DNA of 64,000 nt from an uncultured Spirochaetota bacterium (GCA_963768055.1 CAVYGN010000001.1:928001-992000); one strand, 5' to 3'; positions 9,674-20,422 are shown, counted from the stretch's first letter. Notes: generated from the letters alone by a model not told the origin. Program-made: numbers and translations.

Positions 9674-12403
9674 TCAGATATTGGATATCATTTTTTGCCT
9701 GAACTCTTCAGTGAATCTCTGCAGGGTCGTCCTTTTTACCAGTTCGTTGTCGAGGGCAGGTGAGTTTTTCCTGATATTCCTGTTCAACATATACTTGATG
9801 TTGTATTCGGCATTGTCATATATAACATTTATTTTATTGGCGTCGTCCTTTGCCTTGTAAAAATCCAGCAAAGCGTTCTGTTCAAAATCAGGGGCTTCGT
9901 CTTTGTATTTTTTTGCCATGGCTGCATAAGTAACCCCCCTGTTGTTATAACATCTCGCTAACTGGCTGTAGATCTCCTTATGCCTGTTCAAATCAGGATT
10001 TATATAACCTATCTTGTCAGCGATCGCCTGGTAATATTCGATGGCTTTATCGTACTCAATCTTAGCAAAACTGAAATTATTGGATTTAAAATATATATTA
10101 CCGAGATTGTAGGAGAGGATAGGATTATGCGGATCGTTTACATACAACCTTGAAAATTCGCTAAAAGCATCGGTATAATCGCCGTACTTATAGTAAAGCC
10201 ATCCGAGATTATATGAGAGCAGGTCGTCGGATTTGTCCTTTTCAAGAAGCAGGTTTGCTGTTTTGTAATAACCAAAAGCCCTCTCGAGGGCGTCGTCCGG
10301 ATTTTCGAAATTCAGCCTGTTATAAAAATAGATGTGGCCTAAGTTCGAATAGGGTTTATAATAATTCGGCGAGTAAAGGATCGAATTCTCAAATTGTTTT
10401 ATAGCCTGGACTATAGCGTTAGTATCTGCTTCGCCCTTATAGGCATAGTAAATTTCACCCAGAAGGTTAAAGGCTTTTCCATTACGGTTATTGAGGATTA
10501 TTGCGTTGGAGACCTCCTTCATAGCGTTATAATAATCGAGGTTAAGCGTAAGATATCTTCCATGCTCATAGTACGCCTCGTCATATGAAGGTTTAACCGG
10601 CATCATTTTTTCGAAAACCAGCTTCGCCCTATCCAATCTCCTGCTGTCAGTATAATGCCTGGCAAGGTCTGTGAGAGTATGAACGTTAACCGCCGCTTTA
10701 TTGAGATAGTCTATCCTGTTATAATAATTGTCTATGTTCACAGAGTTTGTGAACCTGAGGGCTATATCGAGAAGCCTGTAATAGCTGTCGATATGTCTCA
10801 AATGGGCCGGTTTTGAAACATAGTTTTCGTAAAGGCTGTTCGCGTTGGAATATTCCATGACGTCGCCGGTCCTGTCTCCCCATTCAATCTCAGTTAGGCC
10901 GATCTTATCCAGGTATTCAAAATTATCAGGCCATCTGTTTGTAAGCCTTCCGTATAATTTTATTGCGTCTTCAAATCTCGGGGGATAAAGGGCATTCTTA
11001 TAAAAATCCGCATAATTATAGATCGTTCCGATATGATAAGGATTATAACCGAGGGCATCTTCATATTTCTTTTTCGCCCTGTCGAATTGCCTCAAAGCGA
11101 TATAATTCGAAGCATAAGTACTGTTCCAGTTAAGATCGGGACCGCCTATCTTCGAGTTTTCGAGATTTTTACCGGCTTCAAACTCCTGTTCAGCGTGATC
11201 GTAATCCTGAACCTTGAAGTATGTCAAACCCCTTTTATAATGAAGGGAGGCTGTAAAAGGTATCCAGACGATCTGCCATATTGAAATAACGAAAGCAATA
11301 ATGAATATAATAAAGGTGAAAAAGTACCGGGTTGCTCCGGTGAATTCCCGCCGGAATTCTCTTGCCCGCTTAGCTTCATCCGTATAAATGACCCTTCTCC
11401 CGGCTGAAGGAGGCCTTTCCCTCCGTTCTTCTTTTCCTTTAACCAGGGAATCGGGCAGATAACCGTCAGCCAGGGCTTTGATCCTGGATTCACCCTCATC
11501 GTTAAGAAGCATCGTAATCATCTGCTTCAGGGAATCCTCGGGTATTTTTGATTCGAGAATTATCTGCCTGACTTTCTTTCTAAGCAAGGGGTCTGAGATC
11601 CTGTTGATCTTGTCCCTGATCTTTTGAGCATCCTCGTGGCCTAATTCAGACCGGGACGGCGTTACAGGAATTTCCTGTTTCGGTTCCGGGGCGCTCGGTT
11701 TAAATTCAGGCATAGGAATTTCAGGAGTGGTTTCTTCAGGAAGTTTAAATTCGGGAGCCGGTTCAGAAGGGGTTTCAGCATTAAAATCGGGAAATTCGAA
11801 TTCCTGGGAAGCTTCAGGCGTCCCCGGCACCTCAGGTATTTGAGGGACCTCCGGCATCTCCGGCACCTCCGCCGGCGTCGCCGGCATCGGGAATTCAGGC
11901 ATAGTGGCTTCCGGTTCTTCAGGCGGGGTAATGCCTGCCATCATATCGGAAATATCAGGCTGGGTAATTTCTTCACGGGCAAGTTCTTCCGCCGCAGGAA
12001 TTTCCATAAATTGAGGTTCAAGAATGGAAGGCCCTTCGCCGGCCCCGGCGGTTTCCTCCCCACCGGTTCTTTCAACCGGCGCAGCGGGCGAGGGTTCAGC
12101 GACTATTGCCTCTTCACCGGACTCCAAATTATTTTGAATATCTTCTATATTCGGCGGGGCTGTATCAAGGTCTTCAAGTTCTCTTAAAAGATCGGCGTCT
12201 ATTTCCTCCGTCTTCGGCGTCGAACCGGCTCCCCCGCTGTCTTTGATAAGTTTTTCGACATTTTCCATATTCTGAATGGGAACGTTCGAAAGATCGTCAA
12301 GATTTCCCCGGGACTCTTCCGATTCAATTCCCTTCAATATCTGGTCGGAGGAATAAGAATCTTCCTTACCAAGGTATTTTATTATATTATCATATTTAGC
12401 CAT
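9674..12403 (-). CDS. Large membrane TPR protein, FlcA-like (periplasmic flagellar collar)
   Basis: Acidic/Pro-rich N-terminus, single TM, long C-terminal TPR array, about 900 aa; matches spirochaete FlcA architecture (inference). Confidence 0.55.
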   Translation of the reverse strand: MAKYDNIIKYLGKEDSYSSDQILKGIESEESRGNLDDLSNVPIQNMENVEKLIKDSGGAGSTPKTEEIDADLLRELEDLDTAPPNIEDIQNNLESGEEAIVAEPSPAAPVERTGGEETAGAGEGPSILEPQFMEIPAAEELAREEITQPDISDMMAGITPPEEPEATMPEFPMPATPAEVPEMPEVPQIPEVPGTPEASQEFEFPDFNAETPSEPAPEFKLPEETTPEIPMPEFKPSAPEPKQEIPVTPSRSELGHEDAQKIRDKINRISDPLLRKKVRQIILESKIPEDSLKQMITMLLNDEGESRIKALADGYLPDSLVKGKEERRERPPSAGRRVIYTDEAKRAREFRREFTGATRYFFTFIIFIIAFVISIWQIVWIPFTASLHYKRGLTYFKVQDYDHAEQEFEAGKNLENSKIGGPDLNWNSTYASNYIALRQFDRAKKKYEDALGYNPYHIGTIYNYADFYKNALYPPRFEDAIKLYGRLTNRWPDNFEYLDKIGLTEIEWGDRTGDVMEYSNANSLYENYVSKPAHLRHIDSYYRLLDIALRFTNSVNIDNYYNRIDYLNKAAVNVHTLTDLARHYTDSRRLDRAKLVFEKMMPVKPSYDEAYYEHGRYLTLNLDYYNAMKEVSNAIILNNRNGKAFNLLGEIYYAYKGEADTNAIVQAIKQFENSILYSPNYYKPYSNLGHIYFYNRLNFENPDDALERAFGYYKTANLLLEKDKSDDLLSYNLGWLYYKYGDYTDAFSEFSRLYVNDPHNPILSYNLGNIYFKSNNFSFAKIEYDKAIEYYQAIADKIGYINPDLNRHKEIYSQLARCYNNRGVTYAAMAKKYKDEAPDFEQNALLDFYKAKDDANKINVIYDNAEYNIKYMLNRNIRKNSPALDNELVKRTTLQRFTEEFRQKMISNI

Positions 12404-12435
12404 CAGGCTTTCCTCTCAATTGCAGTACCTTGAAA

Positions 12436-12463
12436 ATATCGGTAATAACTAAATATTTATTAA
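12436..12463 (-). promoter_or_regulatory. Possible sigma-28 promoter for the FlcA-like gene
   Basis: Minus strand TTAA-N16-ACCGATAT ending 33 bp upstream of ATG 12403; resembles TAAA-N15/16-GCCGATAA. Confidence 0.3.
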
Positions 12464-12640
12464 CGTGCAATCTTTAGGGTACTTCATAAATTATGAAGTA
12501 AAAAGGAATAATTTTCAAGCTTCCACAGGTACTTCACCGCAAAGTTAATCTTTCCGGTCAAACTAACTTGCAATCCGACTAAAATGAATTTAAAATAATC
12601 TCTCTATAATTTCCGGGTATATAATGCGAGAGGTTTTTAG

Positions 12641-13564
12641 ATGCTTGAAGGAAAAAAGGATTTTCTTGACACTGATGATTTCTCTAAAGAAACTTTACTG
12701 AATTTGATTTCCCTGTCTATGGATATTAAAAAAAATAAAAACAATTACAGTTCGGCACTCAAAGAAAAAAAACTGGGAATGATATTTGAAAAATCCTCAA
12801 CCCGCACCAGGGTATCGTTCGAGGCGGGAATTTACGAACTGGGCGGAATGGGAATATTTTTAAGCTCAAGGGATATTCAGATCGGCAGGGGAGAACCGAT
12901 AGAAGATACGGCAAAAGTCCTTTCGCGTTATCTTGACGCGATAATGATAAGGACGTTCTCCCAGGATAACGCCCGGATACTGGCCCGGAATGCGGCTATA
13001 CCCGTCATCAACGGGCTGACCGATCTCCTTCATCCCTGCCAGGCTATGGCCGATTTTCAAACTATATTCGAAAGAAAGGGCGTTCTAAAAGGCCTAAAGA
13101 TCTGTTTTATAGGCGACGGCAACAATGTTGCGAATTCGCTCGGCCTTCTGGCAAGTAAACTTGGGAACGATTTTTTAATTGCTTCCCCGAAAAAACATGA
13201 AATGGACAGGGCTATCGCCTCCCGTATATTATCCAATGCGAAGATTTCCAGCTGTAAGATTTTATTTACAAACGACCCTTCCGAAGCGGCAAAAGCGGCG
13301 GACGTTGTCTATACCGACGTCTGGGTATCTATGGGAAAAGAGGGCACAGCCGGTAAAAAAAACAAGGATTTCAAGGGTTTCCAGGTAGATTCATCAATAG
13401 TCAAATCTGCGGCCCCGGATTACATTTTTATGCATTGCCTCCCGGCTCACAGGGGCGAGGAAGTTGCGGCTGAAATTATTGACGGCGAACATTCAGTAGT
13501 TTTTCAAGAAGCTGAAAACCGCCTTCATTCACAGAAAGCTATCATGCTGGAAATAATGAGGTAA
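12641..13564 (+). CDS. argF: Ornithine carbamoyltransferase
   Basis: STRTR, HPCQ, DVWVSMG and HCLP motifs; adjacent to argH. Confidence 0.95.
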   Translation: MLEGKKDFLDTDDFSKETLLNLISLSMDIKKNKNNYSSALKEKKLGMIFEKSSTRTRVSFEAGIYELGGMGIFLSSRDIQIGRGEPIEDTAKVLSRYLDAIMIRTFSQDNARILARNAAIPVINGLTDLLHPCQAMADFQTIFERKGVLKGLKICFIGDGNNVANSLGLLASKLGNDFLIASPKKHEMDRAIASRILSNAKISSCKILFTNDPSEAAKAADVVYTDVWVSMGKEGTAGKKNKDFKGFQVDSSIVKSAAPDYIFMHCLPAHRGEEVAAEIIDGEHSVVFQEAENRLHSQKAIMLEIMR

Positions 13565-13567
13565 AAA

Positions 13568-14923
13568 ATGCCAAAGGTATGGCAAAAGGACGGCCTTAGA
13601 GGGATGAATCCCCACGTCGAGAAATATGAGGTTGGAATGGATTATATTTACGACGGCAGGCTATTTTTTTATGAATTGTCTTCAAGCATGGCGCATTCTA
13701 TGATGCTTGAGAAAATCGGGGTCTTATCGGAAAAAGAGTATATTGCTATCAGGAATGAGATCAAATCGCTTTTTAAAAAGTATGGAAAAACCGTTTCTCT
13801 TGAGATAGGGGACGAGGATATCCATTCTAAACTTGAGAATTTGCTTATAGGCGCGATCGGAGAGGCCGGGAAAAAACTCCATACCGGAAGAAGCCGGAAC
13901 GACCAGATATTGTCGGTGTTGCGCCTTTATGAAAAGGATATGCTTCTCGATACGGCTCTGGCCTATATAGACTGCCTGGGCGAACTTGCAGCGCTTTCGG
14001 ACAGGGAGGGAGAAAAAATATTGCCGGGTTATACTCATACAAAACAGGCAATGATCATGAATGTAAAATTTTGGGCGTCCTCTTTTATAGATACCGGGCT
14101 TGACAATATTAAAATGATAAAGGCCGTCTATGATATTATAGACGCAAATCCCCTCGGGAGCGGAAGCGGTTTCGGAATTCCCCTTCCCCTGGACAGAGAC
14201 ATGACAGCAAGCCTGTTAGGCTTTCCGCGCGTTCAGGAAAACGCATTAGCCGTACAGAACTCAAGGGGAAAGTTCGAAGCGTTTGTGATCGACACATTAT
14301 GGGCGATCATGTTCGATTTTTCAAGGCTTGCTTCGGATCTTATCCTTTTTAATATGGATGAATTGAATTATTTGACTGCCGATCCCTCCATAACAACAGG
14401 AAGTTCCATTATGCCGCAGAAAAGGAATATGGACGTTATGGAACTGGTAAGAGCAAGAACGCTTACCATGCTGTCGTATTCAACAGCCGTCAAAAGTATA
14501 TCTGGAGGGCTTATCTCAGGGTATAACAAGGACATTCAGGAGACAAAAGAGCCCCTTATTAAATCATTCGACCTGATAATCGACACCATCTCGGCCGTTA
14601 AAGCCGTCATTCAAAATATTAAGTTCGACGAAGCCGCCGTTAAGGCCAGGCTTTCTAAAGGGATTGTCGCGACGGACCTTGCTTTTAAAAAACTTGGAGA
14701 CGGTTTGACTTTCCGGGACGCTTACAGGGCCGCCGCGAAGATGATAAACGAAATAGAAATCAATGATAAAATCATAAATAAAAGCATAAAAGACAGGGTG
14801 TCGAAAGGCTCCCCGAATGCTCTGGATCTGCAGGCGTACAAAAAGGTTCTCGATAATGAAAAAAAATATTTTACCCTGGCCGCGAAAGAGTTTAAGGACA
14901 GGCTTATAAAGCTGATAGATTAA
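13568..14923 (+). CDS. argH: Argininosuccinate lyase
   Basis: EDIH, HTGRSRNDQ, PGYTH and GSSIMPQKRN motifs. Confidence 0.93.
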   Translation: MPKVWQKDGLRGMNPHVEKYEVGMDYIYDGRLFFYELSSSMAHSMMLEKIGVLSEKEYIAIRNEIKSLFKKYGKTVSLEIGDEDIHSKLENLLIGAIGEAGKKLHTGRSRNDQILSVLRLYEKDMLLDTALAYIDCLGELAALSDREGEKILPGYTHTKQAMIMNVKFWASSFIDTGLDNIKMIKAVYDIIDANPLGSGSGFGIPLPLDRDMTASLLGFPRVQENALAVQNSRGKFEAFVIDTLWAIMFDFSRLASDLILFNMDELNYLTADPSITTGSSIMPQKRNMDVMELVRARTLTMLSYSTAVKSISGGLISGYNKDIQETKEPLIKSFDLIIDTISAVKAVIQNIKFDEAAVKARLSKGIVATDLAFKKLGDGLTFRDAYRAAAKMINEIEINDKIINKSIKDRVSKGSPNALDLQAYKKVLDNEKKYFTLAAKEFKDRLIKLID

Positions 14924-14937
14924 GAGGGTAAGAGGAA

Positions 14938-15798
14938 ATGCTCGAAAAAGTGCTTTTCCCTGTTATTATGACCGACCTTACCGAACAGATGGTCGAATGT
15001 CTTGGCGGTATCGTACAGAACGGCGTCCGCGAGGTAATGCTTTTCCATGTTCAAAGCGTGTCTGAAATAGCGGCAGGGAATATAAACAGCCAGTATGATG
15101 AAAAGATGCTCGAGAGATGGAAGAATATTCTCTCGGAAGCCGGCGTTCATGCCCGGTATAAAATCGTAACCGGGGTTCCCTGGATAGAAATTGTAGATCT
15201 GATTGAAAAGGGGAATTTTTCTTTTACCTTCATGGGCTCTCATGGAAATTCATTCCTGGACAGGGTTTTTCTGGGAAGCGTAACTGAGAACGTAATACAT
15301 CATTCCACCAAACCCGTGCTGATCTATAAAATCCTTAAAATAGGTTCTAAGCCGCCGCCGTTTTGCAGGAATATATTCGGAAAGATACTATACGCTACGG
15401 ACTTTTCAGAAACGTCGAAAAAATGTATAGGCTACATAGAAAATATGATAACCGGGGAGACCCAGGGGCTTACTATTCTTCATGTCCAGGATATGAGAAA
15501 TTTGAAGCATGTCGGGCCGGATAAACTTGAAGAATTTAACAGGATAGATCTTGAAAGGCTGGAACAACTCAGGAAGCATTTTGAAGACAGGGGAGTGAAG
15601 AGGGTTATGTCTCTTCTGACAAGCGGATATTCAATACCGGAAATCCTCAACTATGCCCGGTCCGAGGAAGCGACGATAATAGTACTGGGCAGAAAGGGTA
15701 AAAGCAATTTAAAGGAAATGCTTCTTGGAGGCGTCGCACAAACAATAATCCACAAATCGTCGGTTCCCGTTTTTCTTGTCGAGGAAAACAGCCGTTGA
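14938..15798 (+). CDS. Tandem-domain universal stress protein
   Basis: Two USP domains (MGSHG...FLGSVTE; ATDFS...LGRKG...LLGGVA). Confidence 0.9.
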   Translation: MLEKVLFPVIMTDLTEQMVECLGGIVQNGVREVMLFHVQSVSEIAAGNINSQYDEKMLERWKNILSEAGVHARYKIVTGVPWIEIVDLIEKGNFSFTFMGSHGNSFLDRVFLGSVTENVIHHSTKPVLIYKILKIGSKPPPFCRNIFGKILYATDFSETSKKCIGYIENMITGETQGLTILHVQDMRNLKHVGPDKLEEFNRIDLERLEQLRKHFEDRGVKRVMSLLTSGYSIPEILNYARSEEATIIVLGRKGKSNLKEMLLGGVAQTIIHKSSVPVFLVEENSR

Positions 15799-16659
15799 TT
15801 ATAATCCCTGCATCCGTATTTCTTTATGAAACAGTTCCATAAGCCTCCTTGTTTCCATTCCCGGCTTGCCGTTTCCGATCACACGGCCGTCGATTTTAAT
15901 AACAGGGACTATTTCGGCGGCGGTGCCTGTTAAAAAACATTCTCCGGCGTTATACAGGTCGTATTGGGTCAAAGGCCCGTCACCCGTCTTTAATCCATTT
16001 TTACCTGCGAGTTCAAGTATAACATTCCTTGTAATGCCTTCCAGGGCGTTATCAGTAGTGCCGGGAGTCTTAAGCATGCCCCCTGAAATTATAAAAATAT
16101 TATCGCCTGTGCATTCGGCAACGAAACCGTTATTATTGAGCAGGATAGCCTCCATGCATCCGGCATTTGCAGCTTCAATTTTCGCGAGGGCATTATTCAG
16201 ATAATTCAATGATTTGATCCTTACATCGAAGGAATCCTGGCCGATCCTTCGCAGGGAAGAGGTTATAATCGAGATCCCGTTTTCATAATACTCCTTCGGA
16301 TAAATACTGATTTCATCGACTATTATAACTATGGTAGGTTCCCTGCAGCTGAAAGGATTGACGCCCAGGTCTCCTATGCCTCTTGATACGACAAGACGAA
16401 TATAGGCGTCTTCCCTCCGGTTTTCTTTAAAGACCCCGATAACGGTTTTTTCCATCCCGGCCGGGTCCATTTTAATATCGAGCATGATAGCCTTCGCGCT
16501 TTTATAGAGCCTTTCGATATGCTCCCTCAGTTTGAATATCCTGCCGGAATAAGCCCTTATACCCTCGAATACCCCGTCACCGTATAGAAATCCATGATCG
16601 AAAACTGAAATTTTAGCATCGTTCCTTTCATAATATTTTCCATCGATATAAATCTTCAC
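15799..16659 (-). CDS. ilvE: Branched-chain amino acid aminotransferase
   Basis: DHGFLYGDGVFEG, KSLNYL, LEGITR and FLTGTAAE; probable GTG start at 16659 after GAGG. Confidence 0.93.
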   Translation of the reverse strand: MKIYIDGKYYERNDAKISVFDHGFLYGDGVFEGIRAYSGRIFKLREHIERLYKSAKAIMLDIKMDPAGMEKTVIGVFKENRREDAYIRLVVSRGIGDLGVNPFSCREPTIVIIVDEISIYPKEYYENGISIITSSLRRIGQDSFDVRIKSLNYLNNALAKIEAANAGCMEAILLNNNGFVAECTGDNIFIISGGMLKTPGTTDNALEGITRNVILELAGKNGLKTGDGPLTQYDLYNAGECFLTGTAAEIVPVIKIDGRVIGNGKPGMETRRLMELFHKEIRMQGL

Positions 16660-16803
16660 TTTAAAAAACCTCCTCTTTACCCTCAAAGATTATATCATAA
16701 TTGTAAGAAGATTTCACATATACATTCAAACATTGTTCTATTGATGTTTAAACGCATTCCAGCCGATATATTATGATGGGAAATTATTGGCAGGAGTATA
16801 ATT

Positions 16804-17271
16804 GTGATTGAAGAAAATATGATTTACATGCTCGCGAAGCCGAAATTATTAAGCGACTTGACTAAAGATGAGATCGAATACATTGCAGGATTAATGGAAA
16901 CCAGGAATTATAGCGAAAACGAGGATATTTTCCAGGAAGGCGGCGACGGGAACGAATTCTACATAATCCTCTCAGGCAGCGTCTGGGTCAGAAAGAAAGA
17001 TTCGCTGGGTAAAGAACACCAGCTGACAGTCATCAGCTGCGGCGAATGTTTCGGAGAGATGGCCCTTATAGATGAAATGCCGCGTTCGGCAAGCGTCAGG
17101 GCGCTGGAAAAGACAAGAGCCGCCGTATTGACAAGATCGGCCTTTCTCAAAATGAAAAAGGAAAAATTGCCGGTCTATTGCCATATTCTTGAAAATATCG
17201 CTCTTGAATTCAGCGGGCGTATGAGAATGATGGACCTGAAATATATCAAGCTGGTAAACCTGGTTTTCTGA
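16804..17271 (+). CDS. Stand-alone cyclic nucleotide-binding domain protein
   Basis: IFQEG, FYIILSG and FGEMAL...PRSASVRA; no HTH. Confidence 0.88.
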   Translation: MIEENMIYMLAKPKLLSDLTKDEIEYIAGLMETRNYSENEDIFQEGGDGNEFYIILSGSVWVRKKDSLGKEHQLTVISCGECFGEMALIDEMPRSASVRALEKTRAAVLTRSAFLKMKKEKLPVYCHILENIALEFSGRMRMMDLKYIKLVNLVF

Positions 17272-17273
17272 TC

Positions 17274-18242
17274 TCAAGAATCGGATACTTCGAGGACTCC
17301 CAGACTTCTGAATCTGTCGTAACGCTTCTGCAGAAGCCTGTTGACTGGGATCTTCTTCGATTCATGATAATGGCGGAGCACTGCTTCTTTAACCCTTTTT
17401 ATCATTTCCTGGTGGTCCCTGTGAGCGCCCCCTCTCGGTTCCGGAATTATTTCCTCGATAACATTGAATTTATATAAGTCTTTCGATGTGAATTTCAAAA
17501 CCTTGGCCGCGAGTTCCGTCTTTGTCGCGTCCCTGTATAAAATACTCGCGCAGCCCTCCGGTGTTATAACAGAATAAATCGCGTTCTCAAGCATCAGGAC
17601 CCTGTCCGCTACCGCTATCGCAAGGGCTCCGCCGCTGCCGCCCTCCCCGATTATAGTAGTGACTATAGGGACTTTAAGCGCCGACATTTCATAAAGATTT
17701 CTGGCAATGGCCTCGGCCTGCCCCCTTTCCTCGCTCTCGATTCCGCAGAATGCACCGTTAGTATCGACGAAAGTAAGCACCGGAAGATTGTATTTTTCGG
17801 CTATTTTCATGATCCTTAAAGCCTTCCTGTATCCTTCGGGGTTCGACATTCCAAAATTCCGGTAGATCCTCTCCTTCGTATCTTTACCCTTCTCCTGGCC
17901 AATTATCATGAATTTTTCCTCGCCGATTTTCGCAAAACCGGCAACGATGGCATGGTCGTCCCTGAAAAGCCTGTCCCCATGCAGTTCAATAAATTCATCG
18001 AAAATACCCTTCAGATAATCCAGGAAAAGCGGCCTTTTTGGATGCCGGGCGACCTGTACGATCTGCCAGGCCGTCAGATTTTTGTAGATCGTTTCCATTA
18101 TAAAGTCCTTTTGTTTTTCCAGTTCTGATATTTCGATTGAAAAGTCCATATTTTTATCGGGATTGTTCGACTTTTTCAAATCCTCTATGTTTTTATCAAT
18201 TTCCTGGACGGGACTTTCAAATTCCAAATAAATGTCAGCCAT
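17274..18242 (-). CDS. accA: Acetyl-CoA carboxylase carboxyltransferase alpha subunit
   Basis: ARHPKRP, PEGYRKA, GEGGSGGALA and PEPRGGAH; start corrected to ATG 18242 (MADIYLEFE). Confidence 0.95.
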   Translation of the reverse strand: MADIYLEFESPVQEIDKNIEDLKKSNNPDKNMDFSIEISELEKQKDFIMETIYKNLTAWQIVQVARHPKRPLFLDYLKGIFDEFIELHGDRLFRDDHAIVAGFAKIGEEKFMIIGQEKGKDTKERIYRNFGMSNPEGYRKALRIMKIAEKYNLPVLTFVDTNGAFCGIESEERGQAEAIARNLYEMSALKVPIVTTIIGEGGSGGALAIAVADRVLMLENAIYSVITPEGCASILYRDATKTELAAKVLKFTSKDLYKFNVIEEIIPEPRGGAHRDHQEMIKRVKEAVLRHYHESKKIPVNRLLQKRYDRFRSLGVLEVSDS

Positions 18243-18282
18243 TATTTCCCTCTGCTTTTTGATTAATTGCCTAAAAATGCGA

Positions 18283-18308
18283 TCGAGCACCTGCACGCAG
18301 GTGCTCGA
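18283..18308 (-). terminator. Intrinsic terminator-like hairpin after the EF-G gene
   Basis: Perfect inverted repeat TCGAGCACCTGC-AC-GCAGGTGCTCGA followed closely by a T run on the minus strand. Confidence 0.6.
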
Positions 18309-18316
18309 ATGATAAA

Positions 18317-20422
18317 CTAGGAGTTTTTACGTTCCTCTTCTTCTTTTTTCATTTCTTCAGCCTGCTTTTTGGCTTTTTCGTATTCGCTCTGGGGGAGAAC
18401 GTCAAAATGATCGATCTCCATTTCAAAGCGTCCTCTGCCGCTTGTGAGGCTGTTAAGCATGGGGGAATAAGATAGCATTTCGTAATAAGGCGCCAGAGCG
18501 TTAATTACTGTCACGTCCTCGGAAATCTTATCCATTCCAATGACTTTTCCTCTTTTTGTCCCGAGGTCGCCCATTACGTTGCCGATATCGTTTTCATCTA
18601 TGTATATTCTTACTTTGGCAATAGGTTCGAGGATTACGGGTTTTGCCCCTTCGATAGCTAACTTGGTGGCATGCAAACCCGCAATGCGGAAAGACATATC
18701 ATTGGAATCCACTTCGTGGAACGATCCGTCGTATACAGTGACTTTCAGGTCGACAACCGGATATCCGGCAATGACGCCGCTGTCGCAGGCTTCGAATGCA
18801 CCCTTCTCAATTGCCGGTACATAATTTTTGGGTATTGACCCCCCGTAAATTTCTTCCGTGAATAAAAATCCCTCATTCCTGGATTGAGGTTCGACGCGCA
18901 GATAAACCTCGCCGTACTGGCCATGGCCGCCGCTTTGCTTTTTATGCTTGTAATGGCCTTCAGCCTTCGATGTGATCGTTTCCTTATATGATACCCGGGG
19001 AGAACGGGTATCGAAAGAGAGTTTGTATTTATGCTTGATGATATCGAATATTATCCTGCCCTGTATTTCACCCATGCATGACACTACCATCTCCTTTGTG
19101 ATGTCGTTATAACCGTACTTGAAGGTAGAGTCCTCCTGGGAAATAATATGAAATACCGAGGCAAGCTTATCCTCCGATTTTCTGTCTGTTGAATGAATGG
19201 CCACAAAATACGACGGATTAGGCAGCCTTATAGGTTCGTAAATAAGAGGTTTTGTCACATCTGTTACAGTATTGCCGGTTTCAAGCGATTCTATTTTTGT
19301 CAGAATGGCTATATCTCCTGCTTCCAGCGTCTGGATTTCCTTTATGTTTTTACCGTTTATCATGTAGATATGTGAAATCTTTTCTTTAATATTTTTATTT
19401 ACATTCAATAATTCGTCGCCCGTATTTAAAATACCGGACCTGATCCTGCAAAAAGATATCTTGCCTGCAAAAGGATCGATCCTTGTTTTGAAAATAAAGC
19501 CGCTGAAGGGTTCGGTCGGATCGGGGTGCCTTTTAAGCGTTTGTTCGGTATGTGTAGGGTCCTTTCCAGCTACTTCACCGATATAAAGGGGGGAAGGCAG
19601 ATAGGAAATAATTGTGTCGATAAGGGCCGCGGTCCCGATATTGTTGATTGCCGAACCGCATAGTATGGGGATTACCTTGTTGTTTAAAGTACAGGATTTA
19701 ACGCCGTTTTCTACTTCTTCCGCAGTAAGTTCGATTCCGTTCAGGAATTTTTCTATCAAAGCGTCATCTGTTTCGGCCACTGCGTCGAACAGCTTTTCCC
19801 TGTACTCTTTGACTTTATCCATCATATCGGCAGGTATTTCAATCTCTTTTGTACCGCTTTTATCCGTACATAAGGCTTTATTGTGAACCAGGTCGATTAT
19901 TCCCTTGAAATCCTTGCCTTTTCCGATCGGAAGTTCTATCGGAATGACAGGTTTTTTAAATTTTTTAGTCAGCATTTCGGCAGCCGAGTAAAAATCCGCC
20001 GCATCGTCATCCATTTTATTAATAAATACAACCCTTGCTATTTTATAATCGTCGGCAAAGTGCCAATCTTTTTCCGTATCGATCGTAATGCCTTCAGACG
20101 CGCTTACTACAAAGACAATACCCTCCGTAACACGGAACGCACTCCGTACTTCGGCCACCAGGTCGGGTATCCCGGGGGTATCTATAATATTTATTTTTAT
20201 TTCCTTCCATTCGAGAAAAGCCAGCGAGCTCCTGAGGGACATCTTTTTTGAAATCTCCTCCTCGTCGTAATCCATTACCGTAGTCCCTTTTACAACGCTT
20301 CCCATTTGTTCTATCTGGCCTGCAGTGAAAAGAAGGGCTTCGGAGAGAGTGGTTTTACCTACATTGGGGGCGCCGGAGATGCTTATATTTCTGATAAATT
20401 TGGGATCATAAATTTTCCCCAT
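18317..20422 (-). CDS. Divergent elongation factor G (EF-G2-like)
   Basis: All EF-G domains (KKQSGGHGQY, GSFHEVDS, ILEP), but GTPase motifs are non-canonical and the gene is not in the str operon. Confidence 0.88.
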   Translation of the reverse strand: MGKIYDPKFIRNISISGAPNVGKTTLSEALLFTAGQIEQMGSVVKGTTVMDYDEEEISKKMSLRSSLAFLEWKEIKINIIDTPGIPDLVAEVRSAFRVTEGIVFVVSASEGITIDTEKDWHFADDYKIARVVFINKMDDDAADFYSAAEMLTKKFKKPVIPIELPIGKGKDFKGIIDLVHNKALCTDKSGTKEIEIPADMMDKVKEYREKLFDAVAETDDALIEKFLNGIELTAEEVENGVKSCTLNNKVIPILCGSAINNIGTAALIDTIISYLPSPLYIGEVAGKDPTHTEQTLKRHPDPTEPFSGFIFKTRIDPFAGKISFCRIRSGILNTGDELLNVNKNIKEKISHIYMINGKNIKEIQTLEAGDIAILTKIESLETGNTVTDVTKPLIYEPIRLPNPSYFVAIHSTDRKSEDKLASVFHIISQEDSTFKYGYNDITKEMVVSCMGEIQGRIIFDIIKHKYKLSFDTRSPRVSYKETITSKAEGHYKHKKQSGGHGQYGEVYLRVEPQSRNEGFLFTEEIYGGSIPKNYVPAIEKGAFEACDSGVIAGYPVVDLKVTVYDGSFHEVDSNDMSFRIAGLHATKLAIEGAKPVILEPIAKVRIYIDENDIGNVMGDLGTKRGKVIGMDKISEDVTVINALAPYYEMLSYSPMLNSLTSGRGRFEMEIDHFDVLPQSEYEKAKKQAEEMKKEEEERKNS

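Noticed and set aside
11640..12250. Pro/Glu-rich repeats (PEVPEMPEVPQIPEVP) and antisense ORF 11840..12187
   Set aside because: Low-complexity linker of the FlcA-like protein; the antisense ORF is a shadow
12582..12600. ARG box upstream of argF
   Set aside because: Only one half-site (AATGAAT) in AT-rich sequence
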